NCBI GenBank assembly: GCA_045805065.1
Contig: JBJMMA010000259.1
Span: 2,874-66,873 of the forward strand
Direction of reading: 5' to 3'
Length of the DNA stretch: 64,000 nt
Source: Bdellovibrionia bacterium
GTDB lineage: Bacteria; Bdellovibrionota; UBA1018
The notes below the pieces were generated by a model, which saw nothing but the letters and a program-made list of their open reading frames with translations, was not told where the DNA came from and did not search any database. A program made the translations under genes and the position numbers. Positions 49,103 through 58,445 of the stretch are shown in pieces; positions within the stretch are counted from its first letter, which is position 1; each line of letters starts with the position of its first letter.

Positions 49103-51004
49103 CTATTGGGTTGAGCCACCTTGTAAAAAGAGCGACTGAAGGCGATTCATCAGCTGAGGGTTATCGATGCCACCGGGCCGGCTCACGCAGCTCTTTATCT
49201 TGTCACGATTGGAAATCTCAGCTTTGATCAAATCACAAGTCTTTTGCCTTTCTCTTGTACTGAGGGGCAACGATAAGCTCATTAATGCCTCTATCCTGAC
49301 CTCGGGCTCATCTTTCGTTTTCTCCACTAAGCATTCAAATTGCGTCTCCCCTAATTCAGGACCGGCAGTTTGGATCTGACTTGAGATCTTTGAAACAGAG
49401 CACGGCCCTTCTAACAGGTTTATCGCTTTTTCCTGAGGATCGTTTTCGACTGCGTCTTTTCTAAGGCGACTCAACATTAGCCAGGTGTTCTTGCGTAGCA
49501 CTGGCCTGCACACCGCTGGGTCTGGTTCTCTCATACATCGCTTGAAGGAAATGCCAGCCACCCATTCCAGCTTAGATTTTTGGATCTCACTCAACGGCCT
49601 TTTGAGATCCTTAATCTCATCCTGTCGATATCGAATCAATGTTTCAATGTTCGATTTGTATCCATAGTCTTTGGGTCGAGTTAATTCGCCGAACCAAGAT
49701 ACCAAGTCTTCATTGCTCCGTGCGTGGCGTATCTTTTTGATCTCAGCATTTAAATTCTCAATTTGCGTATTTATTTCCGTCGGAGTCAGGGCATGAATGG
49801 CGGCGATGACTTCACTCTTTGACTTTTCCAACGCTTCGTCCATCAATTTTTCAACACGTTTTACATTTTCATCATTACAACCTACGAAAGATTCGATTGT
49901 CCTCAGATATCGACTCTGGGAATCCAGCTCTGAACGAGCGTACTCAAATACTGCAAAATGGGTCGCCTTAGTTGCAAGGCTTAACACGTCGGGCGCTTGA
50001 GAAACGAAAGCATTGCAGGGCGAGACAATCTCGTTTCGCTCTGGAGGTCCCAGACAATAGTCGGCCAAGGTCAGATCGAAAGAGCTTTGAGGCAGAATGA
50101 GATATTGCTTAGCTCGCTCCGAGTTGTAAACCGACGACTTCATGACATCGAATAAAGCCAGTGTTCCCTCTTGGTAATGCTTTCTCGCGTTCGAATGCGC
50201 ATCGAGAAAAGACATCCCTTTTTCTAATTCCTTATTGAGATACAGAAGGTAGGAATTTGAATGATTGAGTTGAAGACACTCGGGACGATTATCGCAATTT
50301 TTCTGCTCAATTGCAGACGGAACACCTTTGTAGGCTTCAGGATCGGAAGGCTTTTCATAGTGAATCGAGACTAAACCAACCTGACTTCCAGAGGTTGAGC
50401 TGAACACCTGCACACCTGGAATGTCGGATACTGCGCGTATGGCATTTCCGCCAAAGCACGACAGCGTATTCAAATTAACACGGCCGTTGGGATTCTTCGT
50501 TTTATACTCGAGCAAAGACTTCCGAAGATCGCCTAGTCCAAAAAATTCCACATTTTCAGTAGAAGGAACGAATGCATAAGCAAATCGTACCGGTCCGTTC
50601 ACTTCTTCATTGTCTGTTAACTGGCTCGATAATTCGTCCTGTCGCAGGTAGCTTCTTGGAAAACGACCAGGATCTCCCTCAAGGGGCGATGATTTATCCG
50701 CTTGGTAAACTGTCCCATGAGAATAAATGTGAATGTCCAGTCGATCCACGCCGACTTGATCCGCGATCAACTTCCGCAGTTTCTCCGCGTTATCTCCAGG
50801 CGAGGCCCTGAACTGGATGACCTCATAGCCTTTCTTATAATAGCTCATGGAAGTGAGGTACGCAGAGTGGGCAAAATTCGATTTTAAGTTTCGGTCGTCG
50901 CCCCCATCGACGACAATGGCGACTTTTCGCCCCGCCGTCGCATATTGCGGAAAGCTTACTGTCAAAGCTGTTAAAGCGAGAACAAAAGACCGTAAGCGGT
51001 TCAT
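49103..51004 (-). CDS. Secreted protein with an N-terminal caspase-like (clan CD cysteine peptidase) domain and a large helical C-terminal region
   Basis: Signal peptide. 'KVAIVVDGGDD', a His-Gly dyad 'HIYSHGT' and a candidate catalytic Cys 'LNTLSCFGGNA', in the order seen in caspase/legumain/clostripain-type folds. Confidence 0.5.
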   Translation of the reverse strand: MNRLRSFVLALTALTVSFPQYATAGRKVAIVVDGGDDRNLKSNFAHSAYLTSMSYYKKGYEVIQFRASPGDNAEKLRKLIADQVGVDRLDIHIYSHGTVYQADKSSPLEGDPGRFPRSYLRQDELSSQLTDNEEVNGPVRFAYAFVPSTENVEFFGLGDLRKSLLEYKTKNPNGRVNLNTLSCFGGNAIRAVSDIPGVQVFSSTSGSQVGLVSIHYEKPSDPEAYKGVPSAIEQKNCDNRPECLQLNHSNSYLLYLNKELEKGMSFLDAHSNARKHYQEGTLALFDVMKSSVYNSERAKQYLILPQSSFDLTLADYCLGPPERNEIVSPCNAFVSQAPDVLSLATKATHFAVFEYARSELDSQSRYLRTIESFVGCNDENVKRVEKLMDEALEKSKSEVIAAIHALTPTEINTQIENLNAEIKKIRHARSNEDLVSWFGELTRPKDYGYKSNIETLIRYRQDEIKDLKRPLSEIQKSKLEWVAGISFKRCMREPDPAVCRPVLRKNTWLMLSRLRKDAVENDPQEKAINLLEGPCSVSKISSQIQTAGPELGETQFECLVEKTKDEPEVRIEALMSLSLPLSTRERQKTCDLIKAEISNRDKIKSCVSRPGGIDNPQLMNRLQSLFLQGGSTQ

Positions 51005-51225
51005 GAAGCTACCCTCTGCACGACAAGCGCAGACCCCTCGATTGCTTATCGGAAAAATCGGCAGCTCCCTTAATAGCCTTTAAAATCATGTATCTGCGAG
51101 CGGTGATCTATTGACACGACTGAGCTAGCGACATTTTTTCTACGCTGCCTTCCGCAGATCTCCATCCGGCCCCTGGAGACGCGGCCACAGGTGGAGCAGA
51201 TTCTTTGAGTGGTCGAACCGGCGAC

Positions 51226-51747
51226 TCAACCTGCTGGTCGCAACAATTCTCCCTCGGCCTTTGTATAAATTAACTTTCGCGTGTCAAAATGATTCGCCTC
51301 AAGCCGACGCAGGACTTTGGACAATACCGCTTTTGGCATCCTGGGCTTACGACTCAAAATCCAGAGGTATTTCCGACTCGGCTCGCTGACTACCGAATAC
51401 GAGTAATCAGAAGCAAGATCGATGATCCAATAATCTCCGCGCCCAATTTCCAGCCAGCGCAAAAAACCAGGAACAAAACTTACCTTCAACTTGGCGTGGG
51501 TTCGCAAGTCTGCAACCTCGGCCACTCCCTCCACCGTCTTAAGTCATCGTGTATTCAGCCGTGGCATCGGTGCAGTCTTTCTGAAAAGAATTCGGAAATC
51601 GAGCGATCTCGTACCACTTGCCCAAGTAGCGCGAGAGATCGACCGAAGGAACTGTTTCCAGCTCCGGGGCATCATCGGGTTTTGCACACTACAGGCAACT
51701 GTGATATCGGAATAAAGCGCGCCTGACAGCCCAAAAGCAAGCGCCAT
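51226..51747 (-). pseudogene. blc: Bacterial lipocalin (Blc-like outer-membrane lipoprotein) gene with a -1 frameshift just after the lipobox
   Basis: Frame A (51544..51747) gives the signal peptide and lipobox 'ITVACS'. Frame B gives 'PELETVPSVDLSRYLGKWYEIARF...AKLKVSFVPGF...YLWILSRKP', the lipocalin SCR1/SCR2/SCR3 motifs, continuous to 51226. The frames switch near 51687. A stop (TAG) in frame B lies inside the lipobox codons. Confidence 0.55.
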
Positions 51748-51784
51748 TCAAAGAGGTTCTCCTATTGCACCGCGAATTAAAACC

Positions 51785-53041
51785 ATGGCGCCATCCGTAA
51801 AGCAGGACGAAAAACTCCACTCTCACATAGAAGATCTCCGCGGGACAAGCCGACTTGCCATTGAAGCAACTCAAGGCGTTTGTGATCTTATTGAAGCCAT
51901 GCATGAGACGGTCGCTAAGGGGCCCTACTTGTTAGGAAATCCACTTCAACGCCCAACGCGTACGATCAATCAAATGGTTTACGGAAGCATCCGTTGCGTA
52001 ACAAACCTTGTAGGAGCAAGTATCGATGGTGTCCTCGGAAGACTCACACGGCTTATCGGTCCGGGTCATAGAGTCTCCCGCTCCTCTCAGGAAGATGCCG
52101 TACTTGCAGTGCTCAATGGAGTCCTGGGCGACTATCTGCAGGAGACCGGTAATCCTCTAGCCATCCCGATGCAGCTACGGCACACCGGCGCTCCTCTTGT
52201 GCTCGAGCCAAAGGCGTTGCATGCGGCATTACCGAAGGCAGGCCCCAAACTCCTCCTTTTGGTCCATGGCTCGTGCCTGAGTGACCGACAATGGTCTCGA
52301 CAAGGGCATGATCACGGGGCGGAGCTCGCGCGCGACTTGGGATACACGCCGATATATCTGCACTACAACACCGGCCTCCACATTTCGACTAACGGTCGCA
52401 CGCTCGCCACACTCCTTGATCAGCTTGTCACAGCGTGGCCTGTGCCCCTGGAAGAAATCGCCATTTTATCCCACAGCATGGGAGGGCTCGTGGCTCGTAG
52501 CGCTTGTCACATTGCAGAGGAGCAAAACTATCTCTGGCGAAGGAAGTTACGCGTGGCGATCTTTCTTGGGACACCTCACCAGGGAGCACCGCTTGAGCGT
52601 GTGGGCAACTGGATCGACCATCTCTTAGTCATCAACCGTTACAGTGCCCCTTTCGCGCGGCTTGGTAAAATCCGCAGCGCCGGCGTAACTGACATGCGCC
52701 ATGGCAACGTGTTGGACGAACACTGGCAAGGCCGCGACCGCTTTGCTCATGGCCGCGACACCCGTACACCTTTGCCACTACCAACGAATATTTCCTGCTA
52801 CACGATCGCCGCAACAAAGGGCCCCAAAGGAACGGGAAAGCTACGAAGCGACGGCATTGTCCCCGTGAACAGCGCACTTGGCATGCATAAGTTGGCAAAG
52901 CATAGCCTTGTCTTCCCAGAAACACACCAATGGATCGCCTACGGAACAAGCCATCTCGATCTGCTCAACCGCCACGAAGTCTATACAACGGTCCGGAAAT
53001 GGCTCGAAGCACCCAAGCCAGCAAGCCTACCCAGTGGATGA
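51785..53041 (+). CDS. Alpha/beta hydrolase, lipase-like (PGAP1/EstA-like)
   Basis: 'LLLLVHGS' and nucleophile elbow 'ILSHSMGGLVAR'. Confidence 0.55.
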   Translation: MAPSVKQDEKLHSHIEDLRGTSRLAIEATQGVCDLIEAMHETVAKGPYLLGNPLQRPTRTINQMVYGSIRCVTNLVGASIDGVLGRLTRLIGPGHRVSRSSQEDAVLAVLNGVLGDYLQETGNPLAIPMQLRHTGAPLVLEPKALHAALPKAGPKLLLLVHGSCLSDRQWSRQGHDHGAELARDLGYTPIYLHYNTGLHISTNGRTLATLLDQLVTAWPVPLEEIAILSHSMGGLVARSACHIAEEQNYLWRRKLRVAIFLGTPHQGAPLERVGNWIDHLLVINRYSAPFARLGKIRSAGVTDMRHGNVLDEHWQGRDRFAHGRDTRTPLPLPTNISCYTIAATKGPKGTGKLRSDGIVPVNSALGMHKLAKHSLVFPETHQWIAYGTSHLDLLNRHEVYTTVRKWLEAPKPASLPSG

Positions 53042-53452
53042 GAGTAATCCTTCAGCCTTCTGCAGCTGACTTTCAGCAACTTTCGGCTGGTTCTTGTTCA
53101 AAGCCTGCTCCGCGTTTCCGAGCTGCTTGTCCGCACTGGAGAACGGCGAGGCGCCTGCCTTGCCCCCCGTCATTCCTTCGACCTGCCCTACTCCGGAGCC
53201 GGACTTCAGGGCTTTCAGGTTCTCACGAGCGCTGCTGATATCGGTTTTCGCGGTCGCGTAGTCTTTTTTGCCAATATTGCTCCGAGCCGATTTGATGTTG
53301 TTGAGCGCGTTCTTGGCTGCTGAGCTCATGTCCTGACTACCGGCCTGCCCTTTTGCGCCAGGGACCTCCGGCAACTGGGGCTGCGCATTTGCCGCAGTTC
53401 CGCCGAGCACAAGCATGAATGCGGCTAGAAGCACGTGTAATTGAAACTTCAT
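53027..53452 (-). CDS. Small secreted Lys/Ala/Ser-rich protein
   Basis: Signal peptide 'MKFQLHVLLAAFMLVLGGTAANA'. The mature part is a low-complexity helical repeat. Confidence 0.45.
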   Translation of the reverse strand: MKFQLHVLLAAFMLVLGGTAANAQPQLPEVPGAKGQAGSQDMSSAAKNALNNIKSARSNIGKKDYATAKTDISSARENLKALKSGSGVGQVEGMTGGKAGASPFSSADKQLGNAEQALNKNQPKVAESQLQKAEGLLSSTG

Positions 53453-53574
53453 ATGACATCACTCCCTCTTCTCGGGTGAGTTGCAAGATCTGGCGCCACC
53501 ACAATGGCGCGCGACCAAAACCTCAGATCACTGCTCAGGCCTTGAACCGGCTTGCAGCACGCTTGAAAGGCGGC

Positions 53575-53612
53575 TTTTTTGTCTTAAGCACGTGCTTCTT
53601 AGCTAAGTACTT
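53575..53612. repeat. Junction motif 'TTTTTTGTCTTAAGCACGTGCTTCTTAGCTAAGTA', related to the sequence following the att-like repeats
   Basis: Aligns at about 30 of 38 nt with 46679..46716. 'GCTTCTTAGCTAA' also occurs at 46721. 'TTACAAGGAC' at 53658 also occurs at 39880. Contains the palindrome AAGCACGTGCTT. Confidence 0.35.
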
Positions 53613-53628
53613 CTGCGCTTTCTAGTGA

Positions 53629-53644
53629 ACTCCGCCGGCGGAGT
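53629..53644. promoter_or_regulatory. Perfect 16-bp palindrome ACTCCGCCGGCGGAGT, copy 3, between the divergent small secreted protein gene and the class 3 lipase gene
   Basis: Seen directly. Identical to the copy at 21958..21973. Confidence 0.4.
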
Positions 53645-53858
53645 GACGACTTTTACAAGGACAAAAGCGAATACTCTGACGTTCGATCTTGTCACCACAA
53701 TCTGAAACCTCCACCAGGGTGTGTTCTGTCCCGGTAAGCTATAAAATCAAACACATCTGAAGCATTTCACTGCGTCTTGCGGGACCCATCTATTTTGTGC
53801 AGTATAAAGAGATAAACTATAAACATCAGGATTTATTGTCACGCCACCGCGGGATAGG

Positions 53859-55061
53859 TTGAACGTCATGAATGGGCGCGCTTTAATGGATTGGTCCAAA
53901 GTTTTAGTTTTTTCATCGCTACTTTTGTCAAACAACGCTCTGTCTGGAGAATGCTTTCGCCAAGTGCCAACCTTCGGTTTTAGCAATTTCAATGATCTTG
54001 CCAATAGCATCGGCGATGCAAAAAGTGAGTTGACCTCCTTTCTACCGGACAAAAAGCTGAGCCGTGATCAGATCGACAGGTTGGCCGCCGAAGCTTCTGA
54101 CGTTGTATACAACCTGTTCAAAACTGCGGGTGACAACCCCGCCAATTCATCACGTATTTTTCCAAACGACGCGATCGTGCCAGTGGATCATTTTACTTCA
54201 GCAGCTGCGCTTGTGGGTGCTCCCATGGGTTATCGAATCGCCGCGAGCTGGAACGATAATGCTCAAAACGAAGCCAAGCGAGGCGTTTTTACCGCGCTTT
54301 ATGAGCCCAATACTTATGGTCAGCCAGTGATATTCGCCTTTAAAGGAACAGTGACACGTGACGATTGGAAAGAAGACCTCTTCCATCAAGGCGGAACTCA
54401 GCTGCAATCGGTTTTTCGAATGCTGAGCCCACGCAATTCGGCCGGCGCGACCGTCTACAAAAGTCTGCTAAAACGCCTGGAGAGTGGGCAAGACGTTTTG
54501 ATCACTGGACATAGTCTGGGCGGTGGCCTTGCTCAAGCCACTGCTTACTTGTTGCAAAAAGATCTCGACGACTATCGCCGTCACGAAATCGCCCAAGGAA
54601 GAGAGCCAAAACCGGGTAATCTTCATCTTGTGACTTTTAACGCACTCGGTGGTCAGCGGACGCTGAAGGTATTTGCTAAGGCCTTCCCTAAAGATCGAGA
54701 GATCACCCCGATCCTCTATAAGGGTACCCGCCTCGAATCCAGTCCAATCGACTCTCAAATCGACGACGCGGCAGTGCTCTCTCTTCAGCCGCGTAACTAT
54801 GCTTATCCAGGCGATCCAGTATCTCCACTTTTCGATCACATTGGTCCAAAATTGATCGTCTCGAAAAAGGAGCCAAAGCGAAAAGTAACGGGCATTGCCG
54901 AAGCATCCGCCCACATGTATACCGCGCTCGGTCGGTTAAGACTTGCAGGAGGGTTTGCGCCAAGCGTTCTGAACTCAATTCACGACAAAGTCTCAGAAGC
55001 CGTCTACGACCATAGCATCAAGCTCATTCGCACGGCGATCGACTCTGATTTCAGACCTTAA
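53859..55061 (+). CDS. Secreted class 3 lipase family protein
   Basis: Signal peptide. 'LITGHSLGGGLAQA' matches the Lipase_3 nucleophile motif GHSLGG. Confidence 0.75.
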   Translation: MNVMNGRALMDWSKVLVFSSLLLSNNALSGECFRQVPTFGFSNFNDLANSIGDAKSELTSFLPDKKLSRDQIDRLAAEASDVVYNLFKTAGDNPANSSRIFPNDAIVPVDHFTSAAALVGAPMGYRIAASWNDNAQNEAKRGVFTALYEPNTYGQPVIFAFKGTVTRDDWKEDLFHQGGTQLQSVFRMLSPRNSAGATVYKSLLKRLESGQDVLITGHSLGGGLAQATAYLLQKDLDDYRRHEIAQGREPKPGNLHLVTFNALGGQRTLKVFAKAFPKDREITPILYKGTRLESSPIDSQIDDAAVLSLQPRNYAYPGDPVSPLFDHIGPKLIVSKKEPKRKVTGIAEASAHMYTALGRLRLAGGFAPSVLNSIHDKVSEAVYDHSIKLIRTAIDSDFRP

Positions 55062-55090
55062 CTAAAGGATAGAGACCATCGACACTTTGT

Positions 55091-55480
55091 CTAGAAAACC
55101 ATTTGATCGGCACAGGCCTTCTTTGCGTAAGCAACCAGATCCTGCATCTGAAATGGCTTTTGAAAAAAGAAATCGGCGTTTAAACGGCGGGAGATCTCTT
55201 GAATCTCTGCCGCTCCAGATATCACGCAGATTTTAGGCACCCGAAGGCTCAACTGTGCGGCTAAAGACTTCAGGCCATCCACGAAGTCCTGTGCTGACAT
55301 GGCTTCCGTGTATAAGTCTAAAAGCACCAGGTCCGCCCAAATGCCAGGATTCTCGGATGCACTCTTCAGCGCAATGCCACCCTCTGCAAAGGCGCTCACC
55401 TCGAAACTTTCAAATGCGAGAAGGCTTGTTAGGCAATCTCGAATCACATCGTTGTCTTCCACAATCCAGATCTTATTCAT
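55091..55480 (-). CDS. Stand-alone receiver-domain response regulator
   Basis: 'KIWIVEDNDVIRD', 'LVLLDL' and 'ICVISGA' receiver features. The ATG at 55480 overlaps the kinase stop (ATGAATAA). The ORF extends to 55549. Confidence 0.7.
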   Translation of the reverse strand: MNKIWIVEDNDVIRDCLTSLLAFESFEVSAFAEGGIALKSASENPGIWADLVLLDLYTEAMSAQDFVDGLKSLAAQLSLRVPKICVISGAAEIQEISRRLNADFFFQKPFQMQDLVAYAKKACADQMVF

Positions 55481-58112
55481 GTGAAAACTCACCTTGAATT
55501 GGAGAGCGAGGCATTCGCACGCTGAAAACCGAGCCCTTGCCAAGAGCACTATTCACTGAAATCACTCCCCCATGTGCCCGGACAATCTCACGGCTGATAT
55601 AAAGCCCGAGCCCAAGTCCGGAGATCTTCTCGTAGGACACATTTCGCTCAAATCTTTCAAAGATTCGCTCCTGATCTTCAGGGTCAATTCCAATGCCTTG
55701 ATCCTCAAAATGCACTGAAACTTCCTTTTCGTCTGCCTCGACCCTGAAACGAATAGGCTTGCCTGAGCCATACTTCACCGCATTGATCAATAGATTGGTA
55801 AAGACCTGTTCCATCTGGATAGGATCCCATTGAACGGCAGGATCAGAATCCGAAGAAAGATTTAAAGTCTCATACGGGCCTTTTAAGTAGTGCTTGTTTT
55901 TTTCGATGATGGATTGAAGCAGACTCATCACACCCAACGAGCTTCTTTCGAGCGTCAATCTGCCCTGGTCGATTTTAGAGAGATCGAACATGCCATTGAT
56001 GAGCTTTGTCAGATGATCGATCTGTCGACTCATCGACTGTAGAGAGGCCTTGGCCGAGGCTTCAGTGATCTTCATTTGCGCCAATTGAATTTGCAGTGCC
56101 AGCGCCGTGAGTGGCGTTCTGAGCTCATGAGATGCATCGGCAATGAACTGGTCTCTGAGCGTACGTGCTTTTTGAAACCTGAGGCTCGCTTCTTCAGCCA
56201 GTCGCAAAGCGTTTTGCAAATGAGCGTTTTTCTCAGTGATCTCTTCTGTCAGCTGAACAAGACTGCCCTGCTGTGTCTTAAGTTCTCGCTGGAGAAGCTC
56301 TCGTGAGCGTTTCACTTCCATCCAGTTATGGATGCGCGCAATGAGCTCTTCTGGAGAAAAAGGTTTCAACTGAAAGTCCTGCGCTCCCCGCTGCAAGAGC
56401 TCGCTTCGAAGCTGATCATCTGCTTTTGCGGTCAACACGATCACAGGGATATCAGCCAGCTCAGCGTGTCCGCGTACGGACTTGAGCAGGTCCTCACCAC
56501 TCACCTCTGGCATCATGAGATCGGTCAGGATCACGTCTGGTCTGCATGAAAGAGCTGCTTGAAGCGCTTGGCGACCATCAAATGCCGTTTCAATGTTCCA
56601 ATGCGGACTTAGAATGCGGCGAAGAAAACCACTCATCTCGACGTTATCTTCAACCACAAGAAGCGTTCCAGCTTTAGAATGCGAGGTGGTTCCTGGAAAC
56701 GCTTCTTGATCTAAGTCAGCCAAATCATCCAAATACGGGTTGAACTCTTGAGGACCAGAAGCCTCCTCAACCGCTACGCCGGTAGGCGCACGTAAAGGCA
56801 GCACCACTCTGAATTCTGCTCCGCCCTCGGGCGAATCACCGACCGTAATCGCTCCTCGATGAAGCTCAATACAATCTTTTGCGATGGCGAGACCCAGCCC
56901 GGTACCTCCGTGCTTTCGGTTTGAGCTTTCCTCTAGCTGAAAGAACCGTTCAAAGATCTGAGTCCGCAGATGCAGTGGAACCCCGGGACCGCTATCGCTG
57001 ATTTTCAATATCAACTCAGGCGTGGCTCCCTGCTCTTTATCTTGAGTCAGTTGAGCCAGCTGGGCGGACACACGGATTGTCCCCCCGCGCGGCGTAAACT
57101 TGAAAGCGTTGGACAGGAGATTTGTCAGGAAGCGGTCGAACTGGGCTGGATCCACCTCGCCTGTCAATGAATCCGGAAGCGCGAGCTCAAATCGATAGCC
57201 GCGTTCTTGCGCCAAGTGCTCAAAGCGAGAAGCAGATGACCTGATCAGTGCTGAAAGCTCTATCCGCTGATAATGCAACGATGCGGTCCCGTTATCTCCC
57301 TTGGCCGCGTCTAAAAGATCATTCACGTGACGGAGCAGGACCTGGACATTTCGTTCGATGGTTTTAAGCTCGATTCGAGAGCTTTCGGACACACCTTGAA
57401 ATGAAAGAAGTCTGCGCGCAGGACCCAAAATCAAAGCCAAAGGTGTTCTAAGCTCATGACTGACATTCGCAAAAAAACGCGTCCGGATCTGGAGCAGCTT
57501 GGAGATCTCGTCCTTGGCTTGTTCAATCTCGATGAGCTGCTGAAAGCTCTGTCGTCTCAGGCGCTCATAAATTCCGCTAAATAGAATTGAGATGACCCCG
57601 ACTGCAGCAAGAACGAAAAGATTTACAAAAAATATGTGGGGTTGATCGATTCTGAAGCCGGCGTGAGCCAGCATCATCACAACATAGATCACAAACACCG
57701 CTGATACTTTCACGGCCATTTGTGCGACTGACCATGGGAAGAAATCTGCCAGAACTAACAGCACGATCAATCCGGTGTAATAATTGCTGGTATAGCCTCC
57801 CAGGACAATGCACTCCAGACTCAAACTGACTGCACCAATGCAGAATAGTATGAAAACTGTGAGATACGGTGTTCCGAGGGGTCTTTGCGTTCGAATCATC
57901 ACCCAGCGAGCGACAAGATAAATGGCGGCAGTCGCGAATCGAATGAGAGCAAGCTCAGAGAGTTTCTCAGGATAGACAATAAAGTCCAACGTGAGAAAAA
58001 AGGGATACATGATGATCCCGACAAGAAGTGCCGTCAAAGTAGCGGAATGGGCGATCTTGTTCTTTTGCTCAAGATAGGATCTTTCGATCAACGGAGTCCA
58101 GACTACGGCCAT
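55473..58112 (-). CDS. Hybrid sensor histidine kinase: multi-TM sensor, kinase core 1, receiver, kinase core 2
   Basis: About 6 N-terminal TM helices. H-box 'VSHELRTPLALILG' with 'GGTGLGLAIAKDCIELHRG'. Receiver 'LLVVEDNVEMSGF...DVILTDLMMPEVSG'. A second H-box 'ASHELRTPLTALAL' with 'GLGLGLYISREIVRAHGG'. Confidence 0.8.
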   Translation of the reverse strand: MAVVWTPLIERSYLEQKNKIAHSATLTALLVGIIMYPFFLTLDFIVYPEKLSELALIRFATAAIYLVARWVMIRTQRPLGTPYLTVFILFCIGAVSLSLECIVLGGYTSNYYTGLIVLLVLADFFPWSVAQMAVKVSAVFVIYVVMMLAHAGFRIDQPHIFFVNLFVLAAVGVISILFSGIYERLRRQSFQQLIEIEQAKDEISKLLQIRTRFFANVSHELRTPLALILGPARRLLSFQGVSESSRIELKTIERNVQVLLRHVNDLLDAAKGDNGTASLHYQRIELSALIRSSASRFEHLAQERGYRFELALPDSLTGEVDPAQFDRFLTNLLSNAFKFTPRGGTIRVSAQLAQLTQDKEQGATPELILKISDSGPGVPLHLRTQIFERFFQLEESSNRKHGGTGLGLAIAKDCIELHRGAITVGDSPEGGAEFRVVLPLRAPTGVAVEEASGPQEFNPYLDDLADLDQEAFPGTTSHSKAGTLLVVEDNVEMSGFLRRILSPHWNIETAFDGRQALQAALSCRPDVILTDLMMPEVSGEDLLKSVRGHAELADIPVIVLTAKADDQLRSELLQRGAQDFQLKPFSPEELIARIHNWMEVKRSRELLQRELKTQQGSLVQLTEEITEKNAHLQNALRLAEEASLRFQKARTLRDQFIADASHELRTPLTALALQIQLAQMKITEASAKASLQSMSRQIDHLTKLINGMFDLSKIDQGRLTLERSSLGVMSLLQSIIEKNKHYLKGPYETLNLSSDSDPAVQWDPIQMEQVFTNLLINAVKYGSGKPIRFRVEADEKEVSVHFEDQGIGIDPEDQERIFERFERNVSYEKISGLGLGLYISREIVRAHGGVISVNSALGKGSVFSVRMPRSPIQGEFSHE

Positions 58113-58445
58113 GCCGCGCTATGTATATGCCCTTCTCCCCCTCTTGTCAGCGAATTTCGTTACATTTCAGGGCTCTCAGTGGGCAATCCCCTGATGCGAC
58201 TTGTGTCCTTCCGCGAACATCTAGAACTCGATCAAAAGAACCCTAAGCACTTGCACAATAAGACGGATCTTCCGAGACTCCAGTAAATTCATTGATAACT
58301 ATGCCCAAGCGCCGACTTGAGCTGAGGGATTGATTCGAAGGGCCGCGAAGATGGCACATTTCTCAAAATGCGCCATCTTCGCGACAGACTGCCTGAATTG
58401 ACTTTCTTGAATTGCAGCCATATGGAAAAGTCCAAAACCTAAACT

